Positions 28,134-32,000 of a DNA stretch of 32,000 nucleotides are shown here, piece after piece. The translations under genes and the position numbers were made by a program. The number at the start of each line of letters is the position of its first letter. Positions within the stretch are counted from its first letter, which is position 1. Under the pieces are notes generated by a model. It worked only from the letters and a program-made list of their open reading frames with translations. It was not told where the DNA came from and ran no database searches. This DNA is from Desulfotalea psychrophila LSv54 (GTDB lineage: Bacteria > Desulfobacterota > Desulfobulbia > Desulfobulbales > Desulfocapsaceae): contig NC_006138.1 in assembly GCF_000025945.1 (NCBI RefSeq), positions 2,400,001 to 2,432,000 of the forward strand. Reading direction: 5' to 3'.

Positions 28134-29900
28134 ATGATTACCAAACGCAAATCCACCAAACTGGGGGAACTACCCGCCACCGCCATCTGCGGCAACGATA
28201 TCTCCTCCTCGATTCTCTATGTCTCCCCCCTGACGATCGTTGCCGCCGGCCAGTATGCCTGGCTGGCCCTACTGGTCGTGGCCATGGTCCTTTATCTCTT
28301 TAGAAAGATATACGGAGAGGTGGTGGGTGCCCTGCCCATGAATGGCGGGGCCTATAATGCCCTGTTGAACACGACTAGTAAATCCACCGCCTCCCTGGCC
28401 GCTACCCTGACCCTTCTCTCCTATATGGCCACCGCCGTGATCTCTGCCTCCACGGCCATGCACTACCTCCATGGCATCCTCCCCGCCCTGCCGATAACCC
28501 TGTCCACCATGCTTCTGCTCGCCCTCTTTCTGGGGGTCACCCTTATGGGTATAGGCGAATCTTCCATCGTCGCTCTTATTATATTTCTCTTCCATCTCTT
28601 CTCCTTAGTTCTCCTCACCGGAGCCGTTGGTCTCTATCTCTTCAACAACGGTCTTGCCATCTTGGCAAGCAACAACCAGCTGCCTCCCCCCCATGGCAGT
28701 ATTATGATGGCAATATTTTGGGGATTTGCGGCAGCCATGCTGGGTATCTCGGGTTTTGAGAGTTCGGCCAACTATGTCGAAAAGCAGGAGGAGGGGGTTT
28801 TTGCCAAGACCCTGCGCAATATGTGGGTTGTGGTCAGTGTCTTTAATCCCCTGATGGCCTTTTTGGCTCTGGCGCTGGTGCCCATTGCTGAGGTGGGCAA
28901 ACATGCAGACAACCTGCTCTCACATATGGGGCAGATTAGCGGTGGCGCCTGGCTGGCTTCTCTGATCTCCATCGATGCGGTGCTGGTCCTCAGTGGAGCG
29001 GTGCTCACCTCCTATGTGGGAGTTACCGGCCTGCTTGAGCGCATAACCCTGGATCGAATTCTGCCGGGATATCTGCTCAGAAAGAACCGACGGGGCAGCT
29101 CCTACCGGATCTTGCTGACCTTCTTCCTCCTCTGCATCTCCATCCTTCTCATCACCGAGGGCAAAGCCGAAACACTGGCCGGGGTCTATACCATCTCTTT
29201 TCTTCTGGTCATGGGCCTCTTTGGCCTGGGCAACATCCTCCTCAAGGTTAAACGAAAAAACCTGCCCAGACCGGAGCGAGCCTCGTGGCCGACGGTAATC
29301 ATCGCCATTCTTGCCGTAGGCTGCGCCCTTTGGGGTAACATCATCAAGCTGCCCCCGGCCGGTGAACGCTCCAATCTGGCCGTCTTTATCGAATATTTCA
29401 TTCCGGCCATACTCTTCGTGGCCATCATGCTTAACCGTATCGCTCTTTTGGAGCTATTAACCAAATCCATTCTCTATATCTTTGTTCCCCTTCTGAAAAT
29501 TATCCACCGGCTTAACCAGGAGATAAAGGTGGTTATCGATAGAATCAAGTCCCAGGAGTTTGTTTTTTTCACCAGGGGCGACAATCTGGTCAATCTGGAA
29601 AAGGTCCTGCAATATATCCAAAAAAATGAGCATACCAAGAGGATAAAGATCGTCCATATCTACGGTAATGGAGATGACAGAGAGGTAGGGCACCTTAATC
29701 AGGATATCGTCTATCTTACCCATAAGTACCCGCGGATAGTCATTGAGCTGATAGATATGCAGGGCAGGTTCGGACCGGAGCTGATTCAGCAGCTCTCCAA
29801 GGAGTGGAACATTCCCGTTAACTTCATGTTCATCGGTTCACCCGGCGAAAAGTTTCCCTACCGGATTCAGGAACTGGGCGGGGTCAGGCTGATCATCTAG
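28134..29900 (+). CDS. APC-superfamily amino acid permease with C-terminal soluble domain
   Basis: About 12 TM segments; TAICGNDISSSILYVSPLTIVAAGQYAWLALL and GALPMNGGAYNAL are typical of APC permeases. Confidence 0.85.
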   Translation: MITKRKSTKLGELPATAICGNDISSSILYVSPLTIVAAGQYAWLALLVVAMVLYLFRKIYGEVVGALPMNGGAYNALLNTTSKSTASLAATLTLLSYMATAVISASTAMHYLHGILPALPITLSTMLLLALFLGVTLMGIGESSIVALIIFLFHLFSLVLLTGAVGLYLFNNGLAILASNNQLPPPHGSIMMAIFWGFAAAMLGISGFESSANYVEKQEEGVFAKTLRNMWVVVSVFNPLMAFLALALVPIAEVGKHADNLLSHMGQISGGAWLASLISIDAVLVLSGAVLTSYVGVTGLLERITLDRILPGYLLRKNRRGSSYRILLTFFLLCISILLITEGKAETLAGVYTISFLLVMGLFGLGNILLKVKRKNLPRPERASWPTVIIAILAVGCALWGNIIKLPPAGERSNLAVFIEYFIPAILFVAIMLNRIALLELLTKSILYIFVPLLKIIHRLNQEIKVVIDRIKSQEFVFFTRGDNLVNLEKVLQYIQKNEHTKRIKIVHIYGNGDDREVGHLNQDIVYLTHKYPRIVIELIDMQGRFGPELIQQLSKEWNIPVNFMFIGSPGEKFPYRIQELGGVRLII

Positions 29901-30081
29901 GTCCCTGTTAGGTCATTTTTGCCAGGAAGAACATCCATAGGTAAAGACTATAAGAGGAAGCCTCCCTATATCTTTAACCAGTTTGACGCCCCTGTCCCGC
30001 CTGGCTATATTGTCAAACCTGTGCCCACCTGATAAGGCAAGGTGCTGACTTTATAAAAAACAGAGAGGAAGGGGTTCTCCA

Positions 30082-31425
30082 ATGAAAAAAATAGCGACCA
30101 TGGTTTTGCTTTTGAGCATCTTCACCTTTGCCGGGCAGAGCCGGGCTGAACTTAAGATGCTTGATAGCCAAGAGATTATAGCCATTCAGAACAATCCGGA
30201 CTGGCTTATTGTCGATACTCGACTCAGTGATGCCTTTAACGGTTGGAAGCTTGATGGGGTGGAGCGTGGTGGACATATAGAGGGGGCGGTCAACTTTTCC
30301 GCAAACTGGCTGCATCTTAAGAAAAAGAACCTTAAAGAGGAGTTGCTAGAGATCCTCAAGGCCAAGGGGATAAGCCCTGACAGGCATATTGTCCTCTACG
30401 ACGCCAATGGCCTCGATGCCAAGGCCGTTGCTGGATTTTTGAGAGAAGAGAACTACTCTAGGCTCTATGGTTATGATATTAGGGGATGGGCGGCAGATAC
30501 CAATCTGGCCATGCAGCGTTATAAAAACTATCAACGCATTGTCCCCGCTGTTATTGTCAGGGCTGCCCTGGCAGGTAAGAGCCCCGAGACCTTTACGGGG
30601 AGCAAAAAGATTAAAGTTGTTGAGGCCAGCTGGGGAGAAGAAAAAACCTCATATAGCAAGGGCCATATTCCCGGTGCCTTCCATGTCAATACCGATCGGA
30701 TAGAGCCTCCCACCACCAGTGAACCTGTGATGTGGCTCCTGGCCGATAGCCCGACCCTTAAGCGTTTTGCCCTTGAATTTGGCTTTCAGAAAGATGACAC
30801 CATTATTGTTGCCAGTCAGGAACCCATGGCGGCCTACCGCCTGGCAACGGTCCTGCGTTATATCGGGGTAGACGATGTCCGGGTCTTAAACGGCGGCACC
30901 GACTCCTGGCTTTTGGCTGGCTACCCTCTTGAGACAGAGAGTCATAGCCCTCGCCCTGTGACTGATTTTGCCGGTATTGTTCCGGGCAATTCCGATATAA
31001 TGGATAGCATGTCCGAAACCAAAGCGGGTCTTGATAGAGCCCAGGGTTTTACCCTGGTGGACAACCGCACCTGGCAGGAGCATATTGGCGAGACAAGCGG
31101 TTACTCCTATCATAAGAAGAGGGGACGTATTCCCGGGGCAATCTTCGGTTATGCCGGTACCAGTGGCGCCTATGGCTTAGAGTATTACCGAAACCCTGAT
31201 AAGACCATGCGCAGTGCAGACGAGTTTTTGGCCCTCTGGCAGGAACAGGGCATTAATACCAATAATCACCTCTCCTTTATGTGCGGAAGTGGCTGGCGGG
31301 CAGCTGAAATATACTATTATGCAGATGTCTATGGCCTAAGGGATATTGCTATCTTTAGCGATGGCTGGATCGGTTGGAGTAATGATGAAAAGAACCTCAC
31401 CGAGACAGGGATACCCACAAGATAA
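30082..31425 (+). CDS. Periplasmic multi-domain rhodanese/sulfurtransferase (three rhodanese-like modules, only the last with catalytic Cys)
   Basis: Signal peptide MKKIATMVLLLSIFTFAGQSRA; three modules with DTR/GHI.GA, KGHIPGAFHVN and GRIPGAIFG; catalytic loop SFMCGSGWRA only in the third. Confidence 0.85.
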   Translation: MKKIATMVLLLSIFTFAGQSRAELKMLDSQEIIAIQNNPDWLIVDTRLSDAFNGWKLDGVERGGHIEGAVNFSANWLHLKKKNLKEELLEILKAKGISPDRHIVLYDANGLDAKAVAGFLREENYSRLYGYDIRGWAADTNLAMQRYKNYQRIVPAVIVRAALAGKSPETFTGSKKIKVVEASWGEEKTSYSKGHIPGAFHVNTDRIEPPTTSEPVMWLLADSPTLKRFALEFGFQKDDTIIVASQEPMAAYRLATVLRYIGVDDVRVLNGGTDSWLLAGYPLETESHSPRPVTDFAGIVPGNSDIMDSMSETKAGLDRAQGFTLVDNRTWQEHIGETSGYSYHKKRGRIPGAIFGYAGTSGAYGLEYYRNPDKTMRSADEFLALWQEQGINTNNHLSFMCGSGWRAAEIYYYADVYGLRDIAIFSDGWIGWSNDEKNLTETGIPTR

Positions 31426-31429
31426 GAAG

Positions 31430-31816
31430 ATGACGAAAAAGATTAGCATTGCCCTGATCGGTATTGAACTGCTTATGCTACTGGCCCTTGTCGTTCTGGA
31501 GTATTTCTCCAGCTATAGGGCCGGAATTATGCATCATCTCTACTATAAAAAACGCTACTATCTGACCAGCCTCTATCAACAGGGTTGGTTGAGCTCTCAT
31601 CTGCTGGCTATTCTCGCCTTCACCCTGGTAGTCACCCTCTGCACTCATGGTCGACGGTTAGAGCTGTTGAGATATGGCACCGTTCTCCTCCTGCTTCTCT
31701 TCTCCTATTTTCTGATGAGGGAGCTTAATGTCTATGCCCACCTGCTCATGGTGCTTGAAGGCTGTCTGCTTTTGGAAACCCTAAGGGTCTTATTCTTTCT
31801 GCCAAGAGAGAAATAG
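31430..31816 (+). CDS. Small predicted multi-pass membrane protein
   Basis: ATG at 31430 (MTKKISIALIGIELLMLLALVVLEYF...), with three to four hydrophobic segments, immediately downstream of the rhodanese gene. Confidence 0.65.
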   Translation: MTKKISIALIGIELLMLLALVVLEYFSSYRAGIMHHLYYKKRYYLTSLYQQGWLSSHLLAILAFTLVVTLCTHGRRLELLRYGTVLLLLLFSYFLMRELNVYAHLLMVLEGCLLLETLRVLFFLPREK

Positions 31817-32000
31817 GCCTCTCTTCTCAGCAGTGGAGGGGATTTGCTGTCAGAGAGGAGGCACCGAGTCCCAGCCCCGCGAGGTTGCAGGGAATCGGAG
31901 ATGTTAGGCTGAGCATCTAGGGCTGAGCTCAATTGAGCGGAAGCAGCTATAGACTCTGGACAAAGCTTTTGCCGTACTCTCTGCAGGTCTTTTTACCCTC

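Overview
The window reads as one coherent locus followed by ordinary flanking genes. Positions 1-24158 hold two adjacent giant, repeat-built secreted proteins. The first is cut by the window start. Neither has RTX nonapeptides, and both end in the same module finishing ..TSQGLA. They are followed by a tightly packed five-gene set: TPR/sulfotransferase (PAPS-dependent type), TolC-like outer-membrane protein, LapB/RTX-type T1SS ABC exporter, HlyD-like adaptor, and an ATP-sulfurylase-like/APS-kinase fusion. The most notable hypothesis is a type I secretion system that carries its own sulfation machinery for giant adhesins, resembling in logic the Xanthomonas rax system but with large repeat proteins as candidate substrates. 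The ATP-sulfurylase-like half lacks the canonical RNP and GRDHAG active-site residues. Downstream are a small hypothetical protein, an HD-GYP protein, tRNA-His(GTG) flanked by a decayed duplicate of the 3' end of a glycosidase-like gene, an APC-type permease, a triple-rhodanese periplasmic protein and a small membrane protein. The overall content suggests a sulfate-reducing Desulfobulbales-like deltaproteobacterium; this is inference only.
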